Source: Harriotta raleighana | Lineage: Eukaryota | Length of the DNA: 64,000 nt | Direction of reading: 5' to 3' | NCBI GenBank assembly: GCA_050575255.1 | Contig: JBNZDD010013696.1 | Span: 3,863,557 to 3,927,556 of the forward strand | Shown here: one piece after another, positions 13,511 to 26,220 of the stretch | Layout of the letters: the number at the start of each line of letters is the position of its first letter | Position numbering within the stretch: the stretch's first letter is position 1 | The notes under the pieces: model-generated | Seen by the model: the letters and a program-made list of their open reading frames with translations, nothing else | Databases searched by the model: none | Told to the model about the DNA's origin: nothing | Position numbers and translations under genes: made by a program

Positions 13511-13600
13511 GCTCTTCAAATTGCAAGACAGCTCCTGCTACAGCAACAAGCCAGTGGGTTGAAGTCTCCCAAGGGAAATGATAAGCAACCGACCCTACAG
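13511..13600 (+). CDS. FOXP1: FoxP1-like coding exon ([30 protein letters not shown]), 90 nt, phase 0/0
   Basis: Polypyrimidine tract plus CAG acceptor ending 13510; donor CAG|GTAAAG at 13601. The translation matches the FoxP motif [13 protein letters not shown]..SGLKSPK.NDKQP.LQ, and NDKQP is FOXP1-type. Confidence 0.93.
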
Positions 13601-14477
13601 GTAAAGTGTGTTCATTTTCAAAGATTGGGTACAAGCAAGAAATGTTTGAGAAAGGAAGAACGTGTGGCTGGACAACTTTCATCGGGGGCTGGCCGGTGCT
13701 TTGTTCAATGCAAATGGCTTTTCTTAATGAGCTGTTGTGCTGGCAAGAACTGACGTCAGGTACTAAAGGAGTGCTTTTGATGTGTAGATCTCTTAAGAAT
13801 TTTGCTAGAAAATTAAACATGACTAGGTTGACCTTTCAGCTGCGAGTTTATTTGTCAGGATTCAAATAAGTTGAAAGGATCAAATCAACCACTTTCCTTA
13901 GTCAAACTGGAAATGTTGTTAAAGAGGTCAGCAGTGGATGCTCAGCACCAGATTCTTCTACAGAGCAATTTGCTGCTACATATTGAGGCTCCAGGCTTTT
14001 GTGAACTAAGGGGAAAATATTATTCATGTTTATCAATGCATACAAGAGTCACCAAATGCATCCCACATTCATTCGAATATCACCTTGATCTTTCCCGCTT
14101 ACATATAGCTGTAAAGTAAAACCTCTGATTCACATTTATACCTGAGTGTTTCTCTTTGCTTTGGTTTGCTTTTTATTATTCATCACGTGAACATTTTCTG
14201 TCAGTTCTTCAGTAGTGTGATTTCACATAGGTTTCGTTTTGATTGGTAGCACCCAATAGATGAGACACGGGCAAATAAAGAGAAGCTATCTTTATTTTCT
14301 TAATTCATGTTTGGGATTTAGAGGCTGAGCTGTTTTTTTTTTAAGAATCACGTTAGCTAGGTTTGCAAAACTCGAGTGGAAGAAAAAAGAATCTGAAATT
14401 AATGAGGGTGAAAATTAGTGCTCATTGTAATGTGTCCCTTTTTTGTATTTTTGTTTGTTGAATTAAAAAGCCTTACT

Positions 14478-14555
14478 TGTATTTTCTGTGGAGAGCTTTG
14501 AGACGTCTAGAAGAGGTGAAAATCGCTATATCAAATGCAAGGATTATTATTTTAA
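14478..14555 (+). mobile_element. SINE tail stub
   Basis: GCTTTGAGACGTCTAGAAGAGGTGAAAATCGCTATATCAAATGCAAGGATTATTATT. Confidence 0.75.
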
Positions 14556-17500
14556 TGCTTTCTTACTCACTGTTCAGCTTCTCTTATGGAAGAGCTTTAT
14601 AATCTGACTGACTGGTGGCCATTGAGTTCAGTATTCAAACTGATGAAGTGACCTCAGTTGACTTCAGGAAAACCAACACATATTAAGGCTCCAGTCTCCC
14701 ATGTACAAAGGGAGCTCAGCTGCTCCATCCACTTACACACAAGGAAAGTAAAGCAGTCAACATGCCAGAATCCACAATATCCTTCTTTTCTGTTTTGTGA
14801 TGACTGTAGATTGCAAATCCATCTTCCACTCGGCTCCTTCGGCTTCAAGGTTTGGTTCCTATCACCTTTAGCGGAATAAACATAGCATTCTTTCTGAGTG
14901 GTTGGCTTTCAGCCACGTTGTGCTAAGTTTGCGGCTCTTGTGAGGTGAAATCTCTTGCATAAAATGTTATCTCGTTCCATATTGGAATATAAAAACTTGG
15001 CTTGGCGATGCGTAAATCAACTCTCCCAAGCTGATGTATGGTACATAACACTATAACATTTTTTTTATGAGGAGAGACCATAGACAAGTTAAGTGTACTT
15101 GACTGGTCATAGACGTGTAAATTGCTAACAATTTCCTCAAATGTCACGTGTAATTATGGACATCCTCTCCCTTCCCAAACTTGGTTTGGTTTGCACCTAA
15201 AATGCAGTATGAGAGAGACTCCCACCTAGCTAATTAACATTATCACTGAAATGGTAGGGTTGAGTCATTAGTTCCATGTGCATTTAATTAGAGGCAGACT
15301 GAAATTGGATTTAACTTATTACTTTTCATGGATCACTTTCTTGTCATCACTTCAAATTGGATTGCAGCCCCAGGTAACTAATTATGGGAGCCACAGGATC
15401 AAGAGCGAAGAAGAAGGTAATTAGGAACCACAGCATTAGACCCTTGCTGATAGTCCACTGGTACTGCGGAGAGAGAGAGAAAAAGCTTGATTTTGTAGCA
15501 CTGCCACAAGCAGGGGCATTAACATTGGGGAAATAATCTGCAACTCTGTTTGGAATCATGAGAAGGTTGCTGCCACCTATTGTGGTTTATGTGATGTGCA
15601 GCTGTGCTGAAGATGTTATGTCCACATGGTTCTACCCTGAACTTCTCAACGCATAGTTTAAACAAGTCAAGTCAACATATTGGACGGAGGCATGAGGTAA
15701 TACAAGAACTATGTAGTCTGACTGTTTTTTTTATTCCGCGTGTGTGTAAAAAAAAATAGCCCATCAAACGAAATTGTGTACCAGGATATGGAACAAAAAT
15801 TTAATGTGTTGGATTAGTGTACACAAGAGTCCTCTGTCCATTGAGATGTAAACAACCGTTTGCTGTTTAGAGTAGTCTCCCATTTGTATTAAGTTTTTAC
15901 TTGGTAAAATACGTCTGAGGCTTAAGGGATCATAAAAAGCTTAAGTATGAGCAACTATGAAAACTTCATGACGTGATTTTGCAAGTATTGCTCAGTGTTT
16001 CCTGCACAGTGTTGGGGCGTTTAGGAAATGAACTGAACTCCAAATATAGACACTTAAACAACTGGCCTTTTACTGTTGTGCATTTCTACTGAAAGCACCA
16101 GTCACCCAAAAGGTTAGAAAAACTTTTGAAAATGCATCTATAATGACGAGTTAAATCATCTTTCTGTGGTTTTAAACAGAATCCCATAGGGTCAAATGAT
16201 GTGGTGGTTTCTCTTTTTCCCAAAAGCTGGCTGAAATGTGTATAGTAGTAGAAGATGAATGTTAACCTTTCTTCAAAGTCTGAAGCATTCGGTTGATGGA
16301 GAGCATTGGGTCCTTTCCCATCGGGTTGTGCAAGGCAGCATTTGAACTACTGTCTGTACACACCATAGCATTGTCCCAGCATATGCACACCACACAGCTC
16401 AAATCTGCAACTCATTACTGCACAGCACTGGAGCCCATCCAGTGGTTAGAATATTTCCTGAAGCTTAGAATAGCAGCAGTGGGTGCAAACGCCACACTAT
16501 GGAAGCAACAATGAGGGGCAGCCCATTCCTCTTGGCTCGGTTCCCAGTCAGGAAAGCCGGTTGAGACGGTGAGATTGTTGCCATCCATATGGCTTGTAGA
16601 GTGGACATGTGTGGATCGAGCAGACATTACCTTTGAGGAAAATGCGGTTGAAAGTAATGGGACATTATCAATCTGCTGCACTCCTTGCTTTACTCGATAC
16701 AGAATTTTGTTTGTGATATTCCCTATGATTCCTTGCAGATGTGAAGTATTTTTCTCATGACTTGAGGACACATAATTACTTTGTAGCTTGCGTTTTTTTT
16801 GCGTTCTGAATCCAGCAATATTTTTAAAAAAAACAAATCTGCCTTTCTTGTCATAATACATGATAAATGTTTGCTGTGTATTATGCCAGATATTAGAACC
16901 AGATTTTGATCATTCTGACCCGATGAAGTAACCTTGCATGCTATTTAGACGTTCTCGTTTTGAAATATGAATGATTTCACATGAATGTTTTCCCTCTTCC
17001 TCCCCACCCACCTCATCCCATATTTGTCTCTTATTCAAAGGTGTGAATTTCTATTTTGTAATTGTGCAAAGGAGCTTTGGTTTTGTTGGCATTTCCATCT
17101 GACGTAAAGGCAGTCTGAGGGAAGGAATGTTGTTGCTGTTTTGGAAAGTTTGGGAATTTTCCCAAGACTTGCATATGACTGAAGTGTCATTAGGAGTCCG
17201 CGTTTCTGACCAAATAAAATAACTCTCTAACGCAGCCTTTGTGTTGCACAGTTGCTGCCGACGGTAATGGGGACCCCACAAGAGGTACGTGGCGGCGTAA
17301 CTCGACAATTGCTGCCTCTCACTCCCACCATAGCTCCAAACCTGCTCAGTCCACCCTTGCAGCGATAATCCTTTTTGCTACCCTGAAGAAAGGCCGCACA
17401 TCAGGAAGACTTGGGAGCCCCAAACCTGCACGGTTGTTTGTGTATCACTGCGGTGCTTGCAATCGTTTTGTGTTTCGTTATACAACCAGGGCAAAATGCA

Positions 17501-18084
17501 CAGAACCAGCAATATTGCAGACATTGCAAAGCTGCTTCTGTTTGAAATGCCTCTGCTCTGTACTTGAACTCAATGGGTTTGGTTGGCGGAGGGGATTTTT
17601 TTTTTGGTGTCGTTTGCATGATGGATCTTTTGTTTGCTTTTAGTTGAGGTTGTGCGGCACAGTGTTGGAAGACATCAGCGGCAAAGCCTCAGCAGGTTTA
17701 AGAATGACAAAGAATACTATAACTAAATGGCCCCAGCTTGACTCTGCGATTGGTAAATAAAATACCCTCTGAAAGATGCGGACCCTGTGAACCATTGCAG
17801 TATCTTTACTCATGATTGGGGTTTCCAATAAGTACCCATGATGGATTGCTTAATATCCCTTCACTATTTAAAAAAAAATTCCGTCATAGCCAAAAGACAC
17901 TCAAGTCTTTGTATTAAACAGTAATTTTCTTTAGATTATCTTTGCACCAACTACTGGAAACCTCTTCAAATGATTGTCAATCTGCCAAAGAGGAAAGATG
18001 AATTGTTAAGAAATAACAGCATTATTTTATTACTGGTTTCTGCCGTCCACCACACCCCACCCTGCCCAAAAGGTCATTGAGTCA

Positions 18085-18305
18085 CTGCTCCCCAAAACTC
18101 TGAACTGCTCTCCCTCAGTCCCCCTATCTCTCCTCGGACTCTCCACTCTCCTCCCCCTTTTCAGGTCTCCCCTGAAAACCGTCTCCTTTGATCATGCTCC
18201 CCTCACTCTCTCCAGGCTCGGAGTCGGGCTCTGCCACTGTTAACTGCTTTCAGAAGCCACCCGGCGTGGAGGGCGCTCTATATACGTGCACGTTGTTACT
18301 GTTGT
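18085..18305 (+). mobile_element. Decayed L2 3' fragment
   Basis: C-rich L2-like 3' region ending GGAGGGCGCTCTATATACGTGCACGTTGTTACTGTTG. Confidence 0.55.
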
Positions 18306-18916
18306 AAATGGCACTAGTGGCTGCATTAAATATGCTGTGGAATATTTATGAAAGAGACATGCTCTTCGTGACGTCTAAATACTGACAAAATTATTTCTAA
18401 AGCCCAACAAGGTTAGTTCCTAATCTCAAACAGGAAAAGGAGTGAAGAGATCTTGAGTCCAAAATGTTGCCTCACTAATTGTTACCAGCAGAGATTTGTA
18501 ACCCTTGTTGAGCCAACAGAGAAATGCAGCATATTGGCCACCACATGACACATCCAGCATGGCATCAAGAGTAGTGCGACAATTTCAACCAATGTCCCTC
18601 TAACAACAACAACTTCCTTTTTTTATAGCTTCCCTCCCCCAGGGTAGCATCCGAGAGTGCTATAGTACGGAGTTCCTGTTCTCTGTTGTGATACACAGGC
18701 TAAGATGCTTCCTCCACTTTGATGAGAAAGATGCACGTTTACTTGTAGCCAGTTCCAGAACAGAATTGGCAGAAACCTAGAAACAGGTCACTTTATCACC
18801 TGGGATCTTAACAACAAAAATAAATATAAATTCGAAATGAATAATTTGGATTCAGTATAGTAGCGTTTGCTTCAGGATGTGTCTTGAAATGCTTCATAGG
18901 ATTTATTCATCACAAC

Positions 18917-19495
18917 CCGGCTCGACTACGTTTGTCGGCCTTCTCAATTCCTCCCTTCATAGGCTGCAGATAATCCAGAACTATGCGGCCTGTGTCCCTT
19001 ACTGCTCCAAGCTTCGTGACTCCATCTCCCTCATTCTCGCGCAAATCCACTGGCTCCGCATCCCAGAGGATTCAATTCAAGATCCTGGTCCTCACATTCA
19101 AAACCCTCCATGAACTCGCCCCACCTTACCTCTGCAACCTCCTAACCCCCTACCATCCTGCACTCCCCCTCTGCTTAGCAGGCTCCGTGACTTGTTCCAT
19201 GTCCCCCGACCCGCCCACCCCACCATTGGTGGGCGGGCCACCAGCAACTATCCACAACCTCTGGAACTCCATACTGCAGTGCCTCCACCTCAAGCCCTCC
19301 CTGCCTCCTTCAAGTCCCGTCTCAAGACTCTTCTTCAATGGTCCCATTGGACACCCCAAATTCCCCCTTTTCCCCCTACCCTCCCTGGCCCTGATCCCAT
19401 CTTGGGTCTGAAACAATGACTGTCCAGGGCCTTGGAACATCTTCCTGAATTGAAAGGCACTATACAAGTGTAGTTTTATTGTTGTTATTGTATTG
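18917..19495 (+). mobile_element. L2 LINE 3' portion (frameshifted ORF2 C-terminus plus tail)
   Basis: Frames give LHRLQIIQNYAA...ISLILAQIHWLRI / RIQFKILVLTFKTLHELAPPYLCNLL...LWNS, typical of L2-clade RT C-termini; the tail ends in (TTG)n-like repeats. Confidence 0.88.
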
Positions 19496-19502
19496 TACAG
19501 TT

Positions 19503-19712
19503 GAGTGACTGATTATTTTGTAAGTGAGGACGGCAGTGTCCCACAAACAGCCATGAAGTGAATGACCAATTTTACTTGGAGGATTGTTGGCCAGGACACA
19601 GGGAGAAACCACCATCTCTTTTTGTTTAGTGCTTTGAGCTCTTTAACATCCACCTGGACAATTAAGACAGGTCCTCGGTTTAACTTCTCATCCGAAAAGC
19701 CAGCACCTCTAA
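19503..19712 (-). mobile_element. Deu-domain SINE fragment (SacSINE1/AmnSINE-like)
   Basis: The reverse complement reads GAGGTGCTGGCTTTTCGGATGAGAAGTTAAACCGAGGACCTGTC...CAGGTGGATGTTAAAG...GTGTCCTGGCCAACA...GTTTGTGGGAC, the Deu-type core. Confidence 0.75.
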
Positions 19713-20944
19713 ATGCTGACTTGCTTCTTGACCTGGAACCTCAAGGGGAGAAAGAAAAGGGCGGTCAATTCAACTATTGTAACTAACCCTCAAGCAACAG
19801 TTTTGAATCATGGCTTAAAATTCAGAAGCTTTCAGAACTATTGGATGAAGGGCTGAGGCTGAGCTTCGGAATTTGCCAACATTCTGCACCACCTGAAAGA
19901 TTAAGACTTGAGGCTAAAACCACACAGAATATCAGACTCCAGATAGTATCCATGTTAGTTGTTTAGGGTTACTATTACATTGATAGAGATACCTATGAAT
20001 TCAGATATTGTGAGTGCCTCTGGGGATCTTTACTGCAGCGTCTTAACTCCGCGACAGAGTTGTCTCTACCCGATTTATAGAGAGTCAGCAACATAACGTC
20101 CCAGAACAACACATCCAGGCATTGGGTTCATTGCATATTCGTCCACGTGCTAGCCATGGAAGACCTGAAACAAAACTTGACAAAGTGTGAATCCTCCAGG
20201 GTGCTGGCTGCCACCGGGCTTGATTTATGTCAGTTGTTTTCGTATCGCTTTTCCACAGAATATCAGTGTTGGCAGAATGGCTTCCTGTGCTGTAAATTCT
20301 TTTGGTAGTGTTCTCTCTGGTCACCAGAAGCGCAAAAATAAAGCCATTATTGTGGTTGGACTTTGGTACGTGTTGAATAATGAGCTGTTAAGATGACCCT
20401 TTTAGATGAGCGGTTAGCTGATTAGCATTTACAAAGGTGAGGCTGGGGACCATCAATCTCCTACTTAAGGGTGCATGTGTATGTCTGCATTGCAAAACCA
20501 TACATTTAAAGGAATATTATCCTTATTATTATACACTTTATAGAAGAGTTGTTGATGGAAATGAAGGGGAAACTTCCTTTAAATAACTGTATGCTTCAGC
20601 AAGCAGGGAATATCTGTAACTGCTACATACGTGAGAGGAATGCACTCGAAGCATTGACTTTGCCAAAATTAGTGAGAGGCCATTTTTATATCTGCCCATT
20701 AAGCCTCTGACAGCTGTTATTAAAAAGAGACAGACAGGAACTTCTAACGGGTTGTCCCATTCAGGATTTATTTTGGGGAGCGGAGTTTTTGATGAGCTAG
20801 AAGCTAGGTTCTCTCTGATGGTGCAGGGATTGGTTTGCACTTTGTATGATTCTGTAGGAAAAGCAATTATTTGCACTTCATCACCAATGCTGAGATATGG
20901 CACTTGGAGGACACTGGGAATTACATGGAATCACGAAGGTTTCT

Positions 20945-21112
20945 TTAAATGCCGCTGTGATGCATTCAAGAGGAAGCTAGACTTTCTTTTACATGAGGGA
21001 GAGGGGAATAGAAAGGTCATGGGAGGGAGTAAGGAATTGACAGAGACAGGTGTTGAGCATAAGTATTGTCACAGACTGGTTGGGCCGAGTGGCCTGTTTC
21101 TATGCTGTACAA
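20945..21112 (+). mobile_element. Decayed CR1 3' end
   Basis: DAFKRKLD-like translation and TGGGCCGAGTGGCCTGTTTCTATGCTGTA. Confidence 0.7.
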
Positions 21113-21336
21113 TCTCTTTTTGCCTTTTGACGGTCGTTTGGCATCACTGAATGATGACTTCATTCAAAGTTTTAATTTGTTAAGAGTCATCAAATCCATC
21201 TGTTTTCTTGAACTCGCGTCCCACATTGTTGCACCCAGCTGGGAGCTTCTAGCATAGAACATTGATATCTCTGTCCAGCAGACAGTGCCATATTTCAAAT
21301 GCTGAAAACTGACTGCCATTGTGCATAGATGTGAAG

Positions 21337-21445
21337 TAATAGTAATCCTTGCATTTGATACAGCGCCTTATCACATCTTCGAGACATCTCTAAGCGCTTT
21401 ACCGAATATACTGTCGAGTGAACTAATGTACACTTTGTGGGCCAA
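21337..21445 (-). mobile_element. SINE 3' fragment
   Basis: TAATCCTTGCATTTGATACAGCGCCTTATCAC...TTGTGGGCC. Confidence 0.75.
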
Positions 21446-22833
21446 AAAAGTGGAGATTGATTCTTGAGCTTTTTTTAAAACTCCCGACGCATGTTACTTT
21501 GTGAGCTTGCCTCTAGGAGATGCTCTTGAGGAGCCGAGTTGTCTCTCTCCTTGGGTTACGGGATGAAACCACTGGCTTCAGGTCGACACCTCTCCCATCC
21601 GTTAACATGGTTGAGGTGTAAATTTTCATATGTGGGGAGTCATTGTCAGTATCTTGCACTTGGACACTGTGTGGCTCAATGGGACAGTGCTTCAGTGCAT
21701 CGTCACACTACAGTGGTCTTCAGTGCAGTCAGTTAAGATTTGCGTCACACTATCCTGCACGCAAATTGCGATTGGAAAATTCTCCCGATTAATATCCGTT
21801 CATTAACAGATTGTTGTGCAACGAGGAGGAAGGTAGCAAATTTGATTTTCCGTGACCCCGGCCTGAAATAAGGCTTTAAAATATAGTCTTTCATTGTGAT
21901 TTTATCATATGCATGTGTTTAAAGGTATAATAAATTACATTACTGTGAATAGGAATGGGTTTGTCTGCAAAAAGATGATCTTAAGTAGGATTTGATTAAA
22001 TCAGAGTTCATCTTAAGTGTTGGTTGCAGTGTACATGCTTTCCCATTAAAATTAAATTAATTACAGAATTGTGTTTTGATCGAGCAGTGCAAATTTTTTT
22101 TATTTTGGATGCCATTACGTGAGTGGTTCGTAACTGAAACCAGTCATCAAAATAAAAAAAACAAAATTTAATCAGGCCATTATTTTTTTTCATGTCTGGC
22201 AGAATTTCAAGCGCCTAATCAAATAGTGCTGTGAATGTTTAGCTAATGCAAGAAGTCGTCTTCACAGATGTTTGCACACAGCAAGGAGCATAATTGCATT
22301 CCGGGGCTAGAATCTGTTGAATGAAAAAGTAAAAGCATTCCTTTGAACAAAGTAAGTATTGTCTGCTAACACATCGCAAACAGCAAATTAGACCAGTTTT
22401 TCACCAATTTAGCTTTTTTTAAAAAAAAATAACATTTATACAATAGGTATTAGTGTGTGTGCTGGTGCATTGTTTGTCCCCTCCAACCCCCACCTCAAAG
22501 TGATCGTCCATGAATAAAAGATTCAGAAGCAGCTACCAATGAAAGTAATTAAGAGTGTCTTTGGCAGTGGTGTTCCTGAAAAGAGTGACAGTAATCAAAA
22601 CCACAGGGTAGTAATATTTGAATCTGCAGTCATGATCTAAATAGGATCTTGCACCAGTGTTGGTGTGTTAGGGTGCCCCACCACATGAGTGAAAGAGACG
22701 GGTCACACTCCACTGGTCTTTGTTGTGATATAGAAAGCCTCAGTGTAACATGCTGACAATGGTGTGATCTGTTAATGTTATGGGCGTCATTGGAATGTTT
22801 CCCAGGATATACTAACCAGTTTAAATTTAAACA

Positions 22834-23228
22834 AATCCTTGCATTTCATGTGTAGTGGAAGCCTCAAAGCACTTCATAGAGTTTTGCTGTGAAGTCTGGT
22901 GACTATTTTTGTAGGCGGATGTGACCGTCAGTTTACGCACCTCAATGTTCCCACAAACAGCCAAGAAGTGAATGACCAACTTTATCTGGAGGATTTATTG
23001 GCTAAGACAATAGTACCATGGGATCATTAACATCCACTTGAATAAGCAGCCAGAATCTTGGTATTAATGTTTCATCCAAGGGATGCCAGCTTCAACAATG
23101 CAGTGTTCCCCAACATTGTATTGTAGTATCAGGCCCATGACTGTTGAGGCCAAAATACCAATATGGGTCTTTGAAAACATAACATTCTGACTCGGGAGCG
23201 AGAATGCTACCAACTGAGCCAGGCTGAC
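22834..23228 (-). mobile_element. Old near-full-length tRNA-Deu-L2-tail SINE
   Basis: On the minus strand: head GTCAGCCTGGCTCAGTTGGTAGCATTCTCGCTCCCGAGTCAGAA, then the Deu core (TTGGATGAAACATTAA...GTGGATGTTAATGATCCCATGGTACT), GTTTGTGGGA and the tail. Confidence 0.8.
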
Positions 23229-23984
23229 GCATAATTTTGCAATTCACTGTTTCATAGTTCAGAATTGAGTGATTACTAAGAGCGTTATTTAAACCATCAA
23301 TACAGTTAGTGTTCCGATTTCTGAGACTTCCCAGAGTCTCATATCAGTAATCATATGGGACACTTACAGAAGTTTGGCATGGTCTTTCGAACCAAAATGG
23401 TCCCTTAAAGCAGCTTCTGTAAAAATTTTGTGTAAATCACACATGGAACTTTTACACCTTGTCCACTAACAAGAGCACACTTGGGCATAGAGCTTATAAG
23501 TAATTCTAGGAACTACAGTACACCGTGAATTGTATCATTGTGTACATCCCTTTTGCCTTGACATTTTTATAATCTTGTTTAAAAGTTGAATGAGTAAAGA
23601 ATATGTAGATTGTGACCTCACCTCAATAGTATTAAATATTAAAGTATCACTTGTGGTTTTCCAGTAACCTACTGCTAACTGGTCTAGACATAGCAAAATG
23701 ATTGCAAAACTCTTCATTCTGTGAGTATGAACAGCTTTTGTCCCAACTCTGACCCTTCAAATAAACTAAATGGTACTTCAGTCAAACAATTCATGTCTTT
23801 CAACAGGATCTTTAGCTAGTTAGCCAGTGAATTTCTTTCCTTATTTAAAAAGGAGGTGGAGTGATTATTTTTCAAATTTAGATACATGGCCCTGAGTGCA
23901 ATATACTATCAAGGTTAACAAGAGTCCCAGAGAAAATCCCAGTGAAAGTCCAAGCCGGAGTTTTGAAAGCCTCTAGCTAGTATA

Positions 23985-24545
23985 TGGAATGGAAAGGTTT
24001 GAAAAGTTCCACAGTCTTGGTGGTCCTGGTGAGAATAAATTGGAGGAGTTGATAGAGAGATGAATTTTGATTGCAACACAGACACGGAAAGATGTAAAAT
24101 GGCGGTATTTGAAGTTTGGTTGGAATAGGAGTGGGATGTTCTGAGCATTAAGAGATAGAAATCATTGTGATCGTGAGAGAGAATGGAGGGCACCAGTAAC
24201 GGAAGCTTCACCTATCAGATAACACTTTTATTTCATTGTATTCTGCCCCGAAGTGCAAGCGAGTTGCTGGAAATAAATTCTCAGATTTAGAAGTACTGTA
24301 TTATTAAAACTCTTGGGACAGACCTGAGGTTTAGAAGGTTTAGAGATTTGAGAAATGTTAAGTTTAAGGACTATGAAAGTTTGGCAACAAAAGAAACTGG
24401 AGGCGTTTTGGAGGCTGGAAAATTCCTGTGCGATCATGATGTTAATAGCCGAAGAGTCCAGAGGGGAATTATTCACACTGAGATGTTGTGACTTGTGAGA
24501 GTTACTTGATGCTTGGGCAATAGATACATTAATGGGCCGAATCCC
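23985..24545 (-). mobile_element. Highly decayed LINE (L2/CR1-like) fragment
   Basis: Purine-rich + strand; the reverse complement of 24000-24035 (TTCTCACCAGGACCACCAAGACTGTGGAAC) resembles the RT C-terminal RLWN motif. Confidence 0.4.
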
Positions 24546-24626
24546 ATGCTGTCTTCTAAATGTGACAAACTTTTCATCACTTCTTATTTAATGTTTAATG
24601 CCTCCTGACGAGATTGACACTATCCA

Positions 24627-24943
24627 AATAATAATAATAAATAATCCTGCCATTTGATGTAGTTCTTTTCACATCTTCAACGCATTTCACAGAATACTGT
24701 ATACTGTAAAGTTAATTGACTGCATTTGTGGGCAAAACATGGCAGCCAATTGCACACAGCAGTGTCCCACAAACACCGGTGGATTGATTTAACCAATTTA
24801 TTATTGTGTTTGGGGTTTTGTTCTTAAGGGATTATTATCAGATGTGTGGGTTAAGGAAACTTGATTAAGGTTTCGCCCAGCCGAAAATTGAACCCAGGTC
24901 TCTCACTTGCAAGGCGAGTGCGCTAATCACTGAGCTACAGGAC
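24627..24943 (-). mobile_element. Full-length tRNA-derived SINE
   Basis: The minus strand begins GTCCTGTAGCTCAGTGATTAGCGCACTCGCCTTGCAAGTGAGAGACCTGGGTTCAA and ends in (ATT)n. Confidence 0.88.
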
Positions 24944-25907
24944 ACATGTAATTTGTTATTGTTTGTTGTTGTTTATTTCCCATCAGTGATCGGAATGTGA
25001 TTCTCCCCCATCGACATTGTACAAACGCATGGGGCAGCAAACCAAAGTGAATTAAGCTGGTTCTTTTAAAAGACACCAAAATAATGTTTGGTTATTTAGA
25101 TTTCCCGCTTAGAAAACATGTTGTATAAATCGACCCTGAAATGGATTCTATTTGACCTCATAAAATGTAGGAAAAAGGCAGCTGATGTGGATTTGCAGAT
25201 ATGTGTTTTTTTTGCGTGTGAGAGAGAATGAGTGTGTGAGAGAGAAAGAGGGGGGGTGGGGGGAGGAGAAAAAATAGGCCGTGCCCCTTTGTGTTTAGGA
25301 AACAAACCTCTTGAAGGAGCCTTGCCTGTTTTATGCGTATGACTGCAATTTTTTTTTAAAAACATAGAAAATGGGCGAAACAGCTTAGCGAGCAAGTTGC
25401 CCTAAAAGCACACTGTACACCAGGAGGGCTACAGAACAAATGGCTGACGCGCTCTGCTTTTGAGTACTTTAAATGTATCATAATACCTAAGGGACCAGTG
25501 AAGTAAGTAGTCTGTCCAATTACCGTTGAAGAGGATTTATATTATCTTATTGCCGACACTGGATTTCTGTTGTCACCAAAAATTGTTTGGTTTTGATGTG
25601 TTTTTGATGCGCTTCAATACTATTTTGAAAGGGTCCACATATTCACCAAGTTTTTATGTTGTATCCGTGCTTAAAATTTCAAAGTAAATTCAATTTTCCT
25701 ACCAATTTGGGGTTAATTGTGCGCTCTTCTGCTTTGCTCTGTACTTATTTTTGTGTACCAGAGCACAGCTGGTAGGGAGAGCTGACAAATCTATCCCTAG
25801 GTCTCTCTCTGCATGTGCAACACCCCAACTTTGTTACCTGGAATGCGCAGGCGTAGGGCAACACGACAGACTAATGTCCCCCAGCATCACACAGTCAAGG
25901 ATGTGCA

Positions 25908-26220
25908 GACCCGTAGCTCAGTGGTTAGAGCACTCATCTCGCAAACAATGGGACCTGTGTTCGAATCCGGGCAGATCAGGGCGAAACCTTGGGCAAGTTT
26001 CATTACTCCACATGACTAATAATAATTTGTCCAAAGAAAACTCACAATAAAAAAAATTGGTCATTTCAATCCACGACTGTTTGTGGGACACTGCTGTGTG
26101 CAATTGGCTGCCACGTTTCGCTCACAAATATAGTCAATTCTCTTCACAGTATATTCTGTGAAGTGCATTGAGACGTTGATAAGATGTGAAAAACTCTTAT
26201 CAAATGCAAAGATTATTATT
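25908..26220 (+). mobile_element. Full-length tRNA-derived SINE
   Basis: A box TAGCTCAGTGG, B box GTTCGAATCC, body GGGCAAGTTTC..TACTCCAC, core TGTTTGTGGGACACTGCTGTG, tail ATCAAATGCAAAGATTATTATT. Confidence 0.9.

Noticed and set aside
18877-19467. Overlapping ORFs of 75-142 aa
   Set aside because: Frameshifted L2 remnant and its antisense; not a gene.
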